From Trueperaceae bacterium (GTDB lineage: Bacteria; Deinococcota; Deinococci; Deinococcales; Trueperaceae), in assembly GCA_965215565.1 (NCBI GenBank), contig CBDCDZ010000004.1, forward strand, positions 3,360,001-3,424,000: DNA of 64,000 nt, given 5' to 3'. The notes under the pieces are model-generated. The model worked only from the letters and a program-made list of their open reading frames with translations. It had not been told where the DNA came from and did not search any database. This document shows, in pieces, positions 43,405-53,608 of the stretch (the first letter of the stretch is position 1; each line of letters opens with the position of its first letter). Position numbers and translations under genes: made by a program.

Positions 43405-43555
43405 CGCGTCCGATTGTACGCTCTAAAGAATCAGATATAGCGCAAGCCGTCTTGCATTTCGTCTGCGGTCGTGTGATTTAGGATAACAAGAAGTCGCCGG
43501 ACGATTTCTCTGGGAGGACGCCTTACTGCGAGAATGATACCGGAGTGAGATTGTC

Positions 43556-45067
43556 CTAAACCTCGTAGAGGGCGCGGAACTTGGTATTGAGGTAGTTCAC
43601 ATAAGGCTTCGCGTTAAGCTCCTCGCCCGTCGCCCGCTTTAAGAGGTCGCCGGGCTCGTACTTCGCGCCGTGTTGGTGGATGTTCTCGCGCAACCAAGTG
43701 AGGAGCGTCCCGAACTCGCCGCGCCGAATCTCCTCTTCCAAGTCGGGGTGCTCACGCTTCGCCGCTTCAAAGAGCTGCACGCTCATGATGTTGCCGAGCG
43801 TGTAGGTGGGGAAGTAGCCAATCGCGCCGAAAGACCAGTGGATGTCCTGCAGGCAGCCCTGCGCGTCGTCGGGCGGGGTGAGTCCCAAATAGTCTTCATA
43901 CTTGGCGTTCCAGGTGTCCGGCAGGTCTTGAACTGAGAGTGAGCCCTCCAAAAGCGCTAACTCCAACTCGAAGCGCACCATCACGTGCAGGTTGTAGGTC
44001 ACCTCGTCCGCCTCGACGCGGATGAGGCTGGGCTCGAGCTTATTGATCGCCGCGTAGAAGTCGTCCAAGGAAACCTCGCTGAGTTGCGCCGGGAAGACCT
44101 CTTGGAGGCGCGGGTACTTGTACTCCCAAAAGCCGTAGCTTCGCCCGACGAGGTTCTCCCACAGGCGCGACTGCGACTCGTGGACACCTAAACTCACGGC
44201 GTTGCCGAGGGGTGAGCGGTAGTAGGCGTCGGCGATACCCTGCTCGTACATCGCGTGCCCCGCCTCGTGCACCGTGCCGAAGAGCGCGGGGTTCAAGAAG
44301 CTCTCGCTGTAGCGCGTGGTGATGCGCACGTCGTACTTGCTGATGCCTGTCGCAAAGGGGTGGACGGTGCGGTCTAAGCGTCCGCGCTCAAAGTCGTAGC
44401 CGAACTCTCTAACCACCTCCACACCGAACTGCTCTTGCAAGACTTCGTCAAAGGACTGACGCACCGGGGCGTCGCTGATGTCGCGCCCCTTTTCGACGAC
44501 GTCTTTAACGAGCGGCACCGTCGCGTCGCGGAGTTCGGCGAAGACCGCTTTCACCTTGGCGGTATTCGAACCCCGTTCATAGAGGTCGTGGAGCGCGTCG
44601 TAGGGGTGCGCGTCATATCCCAAGAAGTCCGCTTGCCGCCGCGTGAAGTCCAAGATTTGCTCCAGGTGCGGCGCGAAGCGCGCGAAGTCGGCGTCCGCCC
44701 TGGCTTTGACCCAGGCTTGCTTGCCTGCCGAACGCGCCTTGGTAAAGTCTTCGACGAAGTCACTGGGGAGTTTCTTTGCCCGTTCCACGTCGCGCTTAGC
44801 AACCTCGATGAGCGCCGCGTCATCGCTCCCTCCGGGAAAACTCCCCTGCAGTACACTCAGCATCTCGCCGATTTTCGGGTCTGTGACGCGCGCGTGGCTC
44901 AGCTTGCCGAGCGTCGCCATCTGCTGGGCGCGCGCAGCCGCCCCTCCGTCCGGCATGTAGGTGTTCTGGTCCCAGGAGAGTAAACTCTGCGCCTGCGCCA
45001 AATCCTCTAAAACGGCAAACTCCGTCTTGAGCGTCTCTAGCGTGTCGGACGTATCTGCTTCAGTCAT
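43556..45067 (-). CDS. Carboxypeptidase, family M32 (Taq-like)
   Basis: HPF, HEAGH, HESQ, IRVEADE, QDIHW, GYFPTY; AAGGAG before ATG 45067. Confidence 0.95.
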   Translation of the reverse strand: MTEADTSDTLETLKTEFAVLEDLAQAQSLLSWDQNTYMPDGGAAARAQQMATLGKLSHARVTDPKIGEMLSVLQGSFPGGSDDAALIEVAKRDVERAKKLPSDFVEDFTKARSAGKQAWVKARADADFARFAPHLEQILDFTRRQADFLGYDAHPYDALHDLYERGSNTAKVKAVFAELRDATVPLVKDVVEKGRDISDAPVRQSFDEVLQEQFGVEVVREFGYDFERGRLDRTVHPFATGISKYDVRITTRYSESFLNPALFGTVHEAGHAMYEQGIADAYYRSPLGNAVSLGVHESQSRLWENLVGRSYGFWEYKYPRLQEVFPAQLSEVSLDDFYAAINKLEPSLIRVEADEVTYNLHVMVRFELELALLEGSLSVQDLPDTWNAKYEDYLGLTPPDDAQGCLQDIHWSFGAIGYFPTYTLGNIMSVQLFEAAKREHPDLEEEIRRGEFGTLLTWLRENIHQHGAKYEPGDLLKRATGEELNAKPYVNYLNTKFRALYEV

Positions 45068-45165
45068 TATGTTGCTCCTTCCGCATTCTGGCTGGGGCTC
45101 TGTAGGCATCACCCTAGCTTAACGCTACGAGGCGGGGGCGAGGCAAGAACCAGAGAACGGAACTA

Positions 45166-45374
45166 ATAGCAGTTCCAAGACATACTGAGACGGATGAGCG
45201 CAGGTCTCTGTCCGCAAGGACTAGCGTTACGGGCAGGCCGCCCTGCCGTTGCGGGATTTCATCATCGAATGTGCGTGCTAGTTAGGCACTTTTCGCAAAG
45301 CGAAACGTCGTTTCATCTAGTGAGCGTGTTGCTCCGCATAACTTCGTTCACTCAAATCAGATGATACCTGCTAT
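45166..45374 (-). mobile_element. MITE-like dispersed repeat copy (longest, with internal hairpin inserts)
   Basis: Reverse complement reads ATAGCAGGTATCATCTGA...TAGCACGCAC...CTGCGCTCATCCGTCTCAGTATGTCTTGGAACTGCTAT. Confidence 0.8.
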
Positions 45375-45425
45375 AAGTTCAAAACCGCAACGCGCTCCAA
45401 TTGAGGTCCGTGATATGGTACACCC

Positions 45426-47228
45426 ATGAATCTCGATATGAGCGACGCCGCGCGCGACCTCTTGCGGCGCGAACGGCTGCTGCTCGCCGATCTCAGCACG
45501 CTGCTCGGGCGCTTGGACGCCTCCTCGCAAGAACTGGACGAAATTAGGACCGCGCTACGCGACTTAGAGGGCCTCTTTCTGCTGGTGGTATGCGGCGAAT
45601 ACAACGCGGGTAAGTCAACGTTTCTCAACGCACTCTTGGGCGCGCACGTCATGCCCGAAGGGGTTACGCCCACGACGGACCGCATCACCATCGTCTCACA
45701 CGGCGACGAGGAGCGCGTCACCGAGGAGCGCTCCTTCGTAGTGCGGCGCGAGTACCCCGCCGACATCTTGCGCGACCTCGCGCTCGTGGACACGCCCGGC
45801 ACGAACGCCGTCATCCGCCAACACCAAGAGCTGACCGAGGGCTTTATTCCCCGCGCTGACCTAGTCCTGTTCGTTACCTCCGCCGACAGACCCTTCACGG
45901 AGAGTGAGCGGCGCTTTTTAGAACTCATCCGCTCGTGGGGCAAAAAAGTTGTCGTCGTGGTCAATAAGATCGACATCTTAGAGCCCGACGAGCAGCGCAA
46001 GGTCTTGGCGTTCGTGAACGAGCACGCGCAAGAGACGCTCGACGTAAATCCAAAGGTCTTCGGTGTGGCGGCTAGGGACGCCTTTAGAGCGCGGCGGAGT
46101 GGCGACGACGCGGCGCTGCAAAAAACGGGGCTGAGAGAACTCGAGCGCTACATCGAAACCGCTCTAGCCGCCGAAGAACGCCTCAAGCTCAAGCTCGGCA
46201 CGCCCCTAGGCATCGCGAAGCGAGTCTCCGACACCTACCAGGATATCATCAGCGAGCGCCTCACGCTTTTGAGCGACGACCGCCGCACGCTGGACGCGGC
46301 GGACAGGCAACTCAAAGAGTTCGAGCGCGACATGCACCGCGAGTTCGAGAGCTACTTAGCCCGCGTCAAGACGGTGCTCCTAGAGGTCGAGCGGCGCGGC
46401 GAGGTTTTTTTCGACGACATGGTGCGCGTTCAAAAGGTGGGCAGCCTGCTCAACTCCGAGCGCATCCGCGAGATGTTCGAGGCGCAGGTCATTAGAGGCG
46501 CAGACCGCGACATCGACAAAGCGGTGAGCGAGATGGTGGACTGGTTCATCCAGCGCAACCTGCAGCTCTGGGAGGACGTGATGGCGTTCGTGAAAGAGCG
46601 GCGCAAGGCGAGTCGCGAAGGGGTGATGGGCGAGATAGGCGGCAAATTCCAGTACGACCGCGATACGCTCATACGCTCCCTGAGTAGCAGCGCCGAGACA
46701 GTCTTAGAAACCTACGACGAGAACGCCGAGGCGCGCCGCCTAGCCAACTCGCTCCAGGGCGCGGTGATGCAAACCGGGCTCATCCAGGTGGGCGGCATCG
46801 GTTTGGGGGCGGCGGCGGTGGCCTTTCTGTCCGGGGCGGCGCTAGATGTGACGGGCGTGGTGGCGGGGCTCGCCGTGACGGGTCTGGGGCTGCTCGTCTT
46901 GCCGCGCCGCCGCCGCGTCGCCAAGCGCAACCTGCACGAGCGGATGCAGGAGTTACGAGACGGCTTAGAGGACAACCTGGGCGCGCAGTTCGAGGACGAG
47001 CTGCGCCGCGCTACCGAAAAGGTCAACGCGGCGATTCGCCCCTACACCCGCTTCGTGCGTAGCGAGTTAGGGCGCTTGGAAGAGCTGCGAGACGAGCTAG
47101 CGAGAACGCAGGACGAGGTGGAGCGCTTGGCGTATGAGGTGGACGTGCTGGGCGGCGAAGCGAGCGGCGAGGCTGGCGGAAGCGGACCGAATGACGAGTC
47201 GGTTCGGCCTTACAGACAGCGCTCCTAA
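45426..47228 (+). CDS. Bacterial dynamin-like GTPase
   Basis: GEYNAGKS, PTT, DTPG, NKID; helical stalk; hydrophobic hairpin near the C-terminus. Confidence 0.9.
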   Translation: MNLDMSDAARDLLRRERLLLADLSTLLGRLDASSQELDEIRTALRDLEGLFLLVVCGEYNAGKSTFLNALLGAHVMPEGVTPTTDRITIVSHGDEERVTEERSFVVRREYPADILRDLALVDTPGTNAVIRQHQELTEGFIPRADLVLFVTSADRPFTESERRFLELIRSWGKKVVVVVNKIDILEPDEQRKVLAFVNEHAQETLDVNPKVFGVAARDAFRARRSGDDAALQKTGLRELERYIETALAAEERLKLKLGTPLGIAKRVSDTYQDIISERLTLLSDDRRTLDAADRQLKEFERDMHREFESYLARVKTVLLEVERRGEVFFDDMVRVQKVGSLLNSERIREMFEAQVIRGADRDIDKAVSEMVDWFIQRNLQLWEDVMAFVKERRKASREGVMGEIGGKFQYDRDTLIRSLSSSAETVLETYDENAEARRLANSLQGAVMQTGLIQVGGIGLGAAAVAFLSGAALDVTGVVAGLAVTGLGLLVLPRRRRVAKRNLHERMQELRDGLEDNLGAQFEDELRRATEKVNAAIRPYTRFVRSELGRLEELRDELARTQDEVERLAYEVDVLGGEASGEAGGSGPNDESVRPYRQRS

Positions 47229-47283
47229 ATTACCTTGAATATCGAACGTGTCCGGTTCGCTTCCGCAAGAGCCCATCACCCCG

Positions 47284-48699
47284 CTAGTCGCGTTCTCTCA
47301 CCCTGATGTCAACGGTGGCTGCCGCTTCGCTCGCGCCGTCGCTAACACGCAACTCGAGCCGGTACGTTCCCTCTTCGTGAAAGGTCACTTTGGTATCTTC
47401 GGCTCGAGGGTTTTCGATCTTGACCTCTTCGTAGTCCCCGGCAACGACGCGCCACCTGTACACGGTCTTGCCCGCGGCGAAACCGCTCACCGTAGCCTCT
47501 AGGTCAACCGACACCTTCTTTCCTCTTATCATCAGCGTTTCGACGTCATCAATACGCACGCTGACTTTTTCAGTAGGCGGCGGTGGGCTGCTGAGAGCTT
47601 CGACAGTAAAGTCCTCGGCTTTCACGTCGCGCCCGCCTCTGCCGTCCGTCACTATGAGCGTGACACGGTACGTGCCAGCTTTCGCGTAGGTGCGTGCGTA
47701 GTCGCGGCTTTCGGCGTGGCTGCCGTCGCCGAAGTCCCAGGTGTAGTCGAGCGTGTCACCGTCGGGGTCAGCCGAGGATTTCGCACTGTATTTGACCTCG
47801 AGCGTGCCGCTCACCTGCGAAGCGCTGAAGTCCGCCACCGGCGCATTGTTCTCAGCCGGGTCTGGCGTGGGCTCTGGTGTAGGCTCTGGTGCGGGTTCCG
47901 GTGTAGGCTCCGGGTTGCTCGCGTTCTCGTCGATCACCACATAGCCGCGCTTCGCCTCGTCGGACTGGTTGCCCGCGCCGTCAGTGACTTTGGTGCGGAA
48001 GACGTAGGCGAATTCGCTGCTCGTGAGTTCGCCGATGTTGACCGCTTCCGCATCTACGAAGATCGGATAGACGCACGTGACGCTCGTCGGGCGGCTCGAG
48101 AGGTCGCAACCCAGCGGCTCCCCCTTTGTAAAGTACTGCTGGCTCGGATCGAGCGTACCCGCTACGCCGTCAGGTCTGCTATTGACCAGGTTAAGCTCGG
48201 TAGCGGCGACGCCACTGGGATCGCTGTACTCAACCCGCGCGTAGAAGGTGCCGCCCGGCGGAACCCGAATGACGCGCGCGTCGTCTGCGCCGGAGATTCC
48301 ACCCGGCCTGTCGTTCACGAACGGTCCGCTGGACACCTTGCTCACCCCGAAGTCGCCGCTCGGCGCAGCCGTATCGTCTCCCGCGCCGCCCGTAACCGTG
48401 ACTTTGACCTCTTCTACGTCGCGCCCTTGCGCGCTGATTGCAGTGATTTTGTAGGTGGTCGTCTGCGCCGGGCTCACGCTCACGCTCGTGCTCGTGACGC
48501 TGCCCACGCCCGGCTCAACCGTATAAGAGGTCGCGCCGAGCGCGCGCCATGAAAGCGTGCTGCTCTCGCCAAAGCCAATCGTCTTGGGCGAAGCGCCGAG
48601 TTCTACGATGACCGGCGCGTTGCCCGAGGTGCTCACATCTAGTTCGCTGCAGGCGCTGAGAAAAAGTAAGGAGAAGATAAGGAGAGTTAAACGAAACAT
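47284..48699 (-). CDS. Surface lipoprotein with Ig-like, unnamed Cys-pair and PKD domains
   Basis: Lipobox LSAC; EPTP linker; DPDGD...WDFGDG. Confidence 0.85.
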   Translation of the reverse strand: MFRLTLLIFSLLFLSACSELDVSTSGNAPVIVELGASPKTIGFGESSTLSWRALGATSYTVEPGVGSVTSTSVSVSPAQTTTYKITAISAQGRDVEEVKVTVTGGAGDDTAAPSGDFGVSKVSSGPFVNDRPGGISGADDARVIRVPPGGTFYARVEYSDPSGVAATELNLVNSRPDGVAGTLDPSQQYFTKGEPLGCDLSSRPTSVTCVYPIFVDAEAVNIGELTSSEFAYVFRTKVTDGAGNQSDEAKRGYVVIDENASNPEPTPEPAPEPTPEPTPDPAENNAPVADFSASQVSGTLEVKYSAKSSADPDGDTLDYTWDFGDGSHAESRDYARTYAKAGTYRVTLIVTDGRGGRDVKAEDFTVEALSSPPPPTEKVSVRIDDVETLMIRGKKVSVDLEATVSGFAAGKTVYRWRVVAGDYEEVKIENPRAEDTKVTFHEEGTYRLELRVSDGASEAAATVDIRVRERD

Positions 48700-48807
48700 A
48701 ACACCCTCTCGAGGTAAGAGATTTCAACCCGCTAGAAAGACTGGATAAGTCGTGCGGGCGATGACCCGAGTATGCGTTTTGGGGCGTTACGGCGGCGTTA
48801 CGCCCTT

Positions 48808-48844
48808 AAAAAAAGAAGAGGGTGAGCACTCGCTCACCCTCTTC
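48808..48844 (-). terminator. Intrinsic terminator
   Basis: GAAGAGGGTGAGC-actc-GCTCACCCTCTTC preceded by an A run, which is the U-tract on the minus strand. Confidence 0.85.
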
Positions 48845-48866
48845 CGCGTCTCGGCTGCGCCAATCT

Positions 48867-50579
48867 TTACTCTACATTGACCGTGATGGTACCCGGATCA
48901 GACACCTCTTCCCCGTCTATAGTTGCAGAGAGCGTGTAATTAAAACTGTCTTGTCCCGAGTACCCTTCGTCAGCTTGATAGAAAATCTCTCCATCATCAT
49001 CAGACACGGTGCCGCCAGCAGATGTGGCCGTATCCGTTAAGGTGATTTCAGGCTCGACGCCTTCAGGATAAGTTGACTCTTCTAAAATGTACGCCGGGTC
49101 TATGACGGTGACAGGTCCGAATATCTCGACGTAGTCTCCTTCTTCGGTGGCGTCTATGTCCGCCGCCTCGAGCGTTTCGACAATCACCGCGTCGCTTGCC
49201 GCAGCAGTAACCGTCACCGAATCCGTGTCACTACCGCCATTGCCATCTGAAACGGTTAGCCCGACAATATAGTCACCTACAACGTCTGGTGTAAATGTCG
49301 GCGTTGCTGTAGTAGCGTCGCTCAGCGCCGCGTTACTACCGTCAGGCTGACTCGTAAAACTCCACGCATAGCTTAGCGTGTCACCCGTGTCAGGATCGCT
49401 CGACGCCGCGCCGCTAAGCGTGACTTCAGTCCCTACAACAGCGTCCGTTTGGTCCGCACCCGCGTTAGCGACAGGCGGGTTGTTCGTAGACGCTGAATTG
49501 ACTGTAACCGTAGCTGTCTCAGTATCGTTACCACCAGCGTTCGTTGCTGTAAGCGTGTAGGTTGTCGTCTGGGTTGGGGAAACTGAAACCGTATTATCGT
49601 CATCAGTGGTAACGTCGCCAACGCCGTTATCAATCGCGACTGACGTTGCTGCGTCGCCACTCAAAGACCATGAAAGTGTCGTACTACTACCTTCGGTGAT
49701 TGTCGTTTCAGCCGCAGCAAAGCTGTCAACAACAGGCGCAGTCGTTGTGTCACCGCCACCGTTACCATCCGCTTCGACGTTGACGTAGCCCCGGCTGCCT
49801 GCTCCCTTATCGTCCGACTGTTTGCCCGCTCCGTCCGTTACTCTAGCCCGGAAGATGTACGCGAACTCTGCGCTGGTGCGCTCCGTAATCGGCTGCACGT
49901 CGTTGCCAACGCTAATCTCGTATACGCAGGTGACGTCGACAGGGCTGCTAGAGAGGTCACAGTTCGCTCCGGTCGGACCGCTCACGATCTCGAAACCTTC
50001 TTGTGAGGGGTTAAGAGGTCCAGCGATGCCCGCCGGGTTGCTATTGACGAGCCTTACCTCAATAGCAGTGATTCCACTCGGGTCTTCGTAATCTACTTGG
50101 GCGTAAAACGTACCGCCTTGTCCTACGTCGATAATTCTGTTGTCATCGGCGTCGTTGATGAAGGGATCGTCGTTCTGAAAAGGTCCGTTAGCGTTGAGGC
50201 TCACGCCGAAGGTGCCTGTAGGGACAGCGGTGTCAGTGGGGTCGGTGGGGTCTGTAGGATCGCCCGTCACCGTGACCGTCGTCGTTTCGGTATCGCTACC
50301 CGAACCGTTTCTCGCAGTCAGCTCGTACGTCGTCGTCACTGTAGGTCTAACAACTGTGCTCTTGCCTGTCACTGTGCCAACACCGTTGTCAATACTTAGC
50401 GAGGTCGCGTCGTTGACGGTCCAACTCAGGGTGACGTCACCGCCGGGGCTCACTTCTTCAGGCGAAGCGGAGAAGCTGACGATGCTGGGCTCGTCGGGCG
50501 TGGTGCCGGTCTGCTCACACGAGACTATTAAGAGTAGAAGAAAGAGAAAGGGGATGAAGAGGTGGTGCCGTTGTTGCAT
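48867..50579 (-). CDS. Surface lipoprotein: Ig-like, Cys-pair domain, Ig-like, PKD, cadherin/Big_9-like
   Basis: Lipobox IVSC; PVANAGADQ...SSDPD...YAW; Y.ADEGYSGQDSFNY. Confidence 0.85.
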   Translation of the reverse strand: MQQRHHLFIPFLFLLLLIVSCEQTGTTPDEPSIVSFSASPEEVSPGGDVTLSWTVNDATSLSIDNGVGTVTGKSTVVRPTVTTTYELTARNGSGSDTETTTVTVTGDPTDPTDPTDTAVPTGTFGVSLNANGPFQNDDPFINDADDNRIIDVGQGGTFYAQVDYEDPSGITAIEVRLVNSNPAGIAGPLNPSQEGFEIVSGPTGANCDLSSSPVDVTCVYEISVGNDVQPITERTSAEFAYIFRARVTDGAGKQSDDKGAGSRGYVNVEADGNGGGDTTTAPVVDSFAAAETTITEGSSTTLSWSLSGDAATSVAIDNGVGDVTTDDDNTVSVSPTQTTTYTLTATNAGGNDTETATVTVNSASTNNPPVANAGADQTDAVVGTEVTLSGAASSDPDTGDTLSYAWSFTSQPDGSNAALSDATTATPTFTPDVVGDYIVGLTVSDGNGGSDTDSVTVTAAASDAVIVETLEAADIDATEEGDYVEIFGPVTVIDPAYILEESTYPEGVEPEITLTDTATSAGGTVSDDDGEIFYQADEGYSGQDSFNYTLSATIDGEEVSDPGTITVNVE

Positions 50580-50820
50580 AAGCCCTCCTAAGGCGTAGTC
50601 GTTGACGCATTCGCGCCGTTAAAGTCAACCCACCGCTAAGAGGGTTGGGGATTGCGGACAAGGCAAATATATCGAAGAAACACAGACAAGGTGCGACAAT
50701 GTGAAATTTTCAACGTGCTTTTTGTAGCTCTTTCGGTTGTTTGGTAAAGATGCCACACGTGTAGCTGCGCCGCAACGTGCAGAGATAAGAGTCTTTATAG
50801 ACTCGAGCCCACCTCGACAC

Positions 50821-50852
50821 AGAGAAAGGCAGCCCCGGAGCTGCCTTTCTCT
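50821..50852 (-). terminator. Hairpin terminator
   Basis: AGAGAAAGGCAGC-cccgga-GCTGCCTTTCTCT. Confidence 0.75.
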
Positions 50853-50875
50853 TACTTAATTTTTTAAGCTAAATC

Positions 50876-52822
50876 TCAATCAATACCCGCGTCTGAGCCT
50901 CCGGTTGGGCTTGAGCCATTGCCAACCATAATTGTCTTAGTAGCAGGAGACTCGCTGGGTTCACTGTCCTCGTCAGTTACGGTAAGCGACACTTCGTAGT
51001 CACCTGAAGCATCTACAACGAAAGTTGGGCTTACTGTATCTGTAGCGCTTAGCGTCGCCGTACTACCGTTGGGAGGCGTGAGGCTCCAAGCGTACGACAA
51101 ACTGTTGTTATCACCGTCAGGATCGTCTGAGCCAGCTCCGTTTAGCGTAACCGTGTTACCGACGCTAGGCTCTTCTGGACTTACGCTAAAGTCAGCAGTA
51201 GGTGGGATGCTTGAAGGTGCAACGGTAACGGACTTTGTTTCAGAGTCCGTAGCTCCATCATCATCTTCTACTATCAAGACAACCGTATATTCTCCAGCTT
51301 CCTGATAAGTCCGTGTGAATACTCTGGCATTACCGCTTGTGCCATCTCCGAAGTCCCAATTGTACGAGACTATTTCGCCGTCGGGATCGTCGGAGGTTGA
51401 AGCATTGTATTGAACCTCGAGCGTACCTTCTTGTTGCTGAGATGTAAAGGCGGCAACAGGGTCTTGATTGGCGGGCGGGTTCGGGTTGCTAGGATTTACC
51501 GTGACTTCGACTGTATCTGTATTACTGCCGCCGCCGTTCGTCGCAGTAAGCCTGAAGCTTCGCGTCGAAACCGCCGTCACCTCGGTGCTGTCTTCACCTG
51601 TAACGTCTCTGTTCTGATTGGTTTCTAGGTCTGTTACGGTGAGCGTCGTCAAGCGTCGCCGTCCGCTCAAGCCGGGTTGCTCGGTGGATTTGTGTTGTCA
51701 GAACTTACCGTGACCGCTACCGTATCAGAACCCGTGCTACTACTGTCATTCGTATCTGTCACAACCTCGTATAGTTATCTGCTGGTAGGTATCCTCCGTT
51801 GTGAAGGACGTTATCTGGTTTCCGCTCGTCACGCTCCACTGCTGTCGTTTTCATCATCGTCTACAGACGCCTCGAGGTTCGTGCTCGCGCTGCCGTCCTC
51901 GAGTCAGATCGTCAACCTCTTCGACTTCGGGGTCTTCGTTCGCGGGCGGATTCGTCGGTGGGTTCGGCGGATTGCCCCCACCGTCCCCGTCCACAATGAC
52001 GTAGCCTCGGATGAACTCCTCGGACTGGTTGCCCGCGCCGTCCGTCACGAGCGTGCGGAAGACGTAGGCGAATTCGCCGCCCGAGTTGGGAAGCTCGGTG
52101 ATGTTCACGGCGTCGTCCGAGACCGTGATGGGGTAGACGCACGTCACCTCTACTTGAGTGCTCGAGAGGGTGCACCCACCTACCGGCTCACCTAGCGTGA
52201 AGAACTGCTGCGTCGGATCGAGTTCTCCCGCGATGTCGGGGGGGTTGCTGCTGACGAGGTTGATGGCGATGTCCGTGACGCCGCTCGGATCGCTGTACGC
52301 GACTCTCGCGTAGAACGTGCCGCCGGGCGCAACCGCGACGATGCGCTCGTCGTTCGGACTGGTGATGTCGTTCGGTTTGTCATTCTGGAAGGGTCCGGTC
52401 TGCGAGTCGCTTACGCCGAAATCACCGGTAGGAGCGGCGGTGTCTCCGCCGGGCGGGGGCGCAGGGGGCGTGTCGCCGCTCACGGTCACTCTCGTTTGAG
52501 CTTGGTCGTCGCCTTCGGCGTTCGTCGCGGTCAGCGTATATGTCGTCGTCTGCACAGGGTTCACTGTGAACCGAGCGTCCTCGTCCGAGGTCACGTCACC
52601 GACGCCGTTGTCGATTGTGATAGACGTAGCGCCGTTGACGTTCCACAAGAGCGTGGCGCTACCGCCGGGGTCGATTGTAGTAGGCGAGGCGCTGAAGTCG
52701 ACGATGGTCGGACCTCCGTCGTCAACGACGTTCTCACCTCCTCCGATCTCATCACACGACACCGCGAAGATAAGAACGAGCAAGAAGAAAAAGCGGTAAG
52801 GTTTCTGCATCATGTCCTCCAC
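50876..52822 (-). pseudogene. Surface PKD lipoprotein gene interrupted by clustered frameshifts at about 51660-51905
   Basis: The 5' ORF (lipobox AVSC) and the 3' ORF (two PKD domains) are bridged by Ig/PKD-like peptide fragments in alternating frames. Confidence 0.7.
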
Positions 52823-53111
52823 TTCTAAAGTTTACGCTCCTAACACGCCCAAATCCACGCGCCAGAAGCGCTATGAGAGAGTAACTCTACGGCTAGATAT
52901 CACCAGCTAAACGCACTATAGGCGTAGTAGTAGGTAGTGCCAAGGCAACTACAAGATAACAAATAGCCGTGAGAAAACCTAAGATTGATGAAGGTTTGGC
53001 AAAGATTGGTACGTTTAACAAAAGCCTGTTTCAAGGCTCTGCACTGCGTGGACCGGCTTGCCTGTTACAACAAGCGCCTCCGATTCGTCACGAGGTGCAA
53101 GATAGGGACAT

Positions 53112-53150
53112 AAGAAGAGGTTGAGGGTGACGAGCCCTCAACCTCTTCTT
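53112..53150 (-). terminator. 16-bp perfect hairpin terminator
   Basis: AAGAAGAGGTTGAGGG-tgacgag-CCCTCAACCTCTTCTT. Confidence 0.8.
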
Positions 53151-53167
53151 GACCTCTTGCGCCCAAA

Positions 53168-53599
53168 CTACTCCTGCACGTCCACTGTAATCGTCGCCGC
53201 GCGGCTCAGCACAGCGCCCGTCTCCTGGTTCGTGACAGACAGGGCGTAGGTAAAGGTGTCTTCGCCCAAGTAGCCCTCGTCGGCGACGTACAAAATCTCC
53301 CCGTCATCCTCCACCGCGTCGCCGTGGGCGGGCGCGCCGGAATCCTGCAGGGTGAACTCGGGCGCGGTGTAGCCCGCTTCGGGATAGGTGGCCTCTTCCA
53401 AAATATACGTCAGCTCGATGACGACGTAAGGTCCTGCTATCACGACGTAAGGTCCCTCTTCGGTGGCGTCTATATCCGCCGCTTCAAAGGTGATTTCGGG
53501 CGCTTCGACGATGGCGGGCGCGTCCGGGGCAACGCCCGAATCTACGCTCCCACAAGCTACCAGCCAAAGAAGTGAACTCATCAGTACCTTGTCCATCAT
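53168..53599 (-). CDS. Small lipoprotein with a single cadherin/Big_9-like domain
   Basis: Lipobox LVAC; paralogous to the C-terminal domain of 48867-50579; AGGAGG RBS. Confidence 0.8.
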   Translation of the reverse strand: MMDKVLMSSLLWLVACGSVDSGVAPDAPAIVEAPEITFEAADIDATEEGPYVVIAGPYVVIELTYILEEATYPEAGYTAPEFTLQDSGAPAHGDAVEDDGEILYVADEGYLGEDTFTYALSVTNQETGAVLSRAATITVDVQE

Positions 53600-53608
53600 T
53601 TCCTCCTA

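Noticed and set aside
45426..47228. Dynamin-like gene as part of a defence system
   Set aside because: Single gene with host-like composition and no partner genes; more consistent with housekeeping membrane remodelling.
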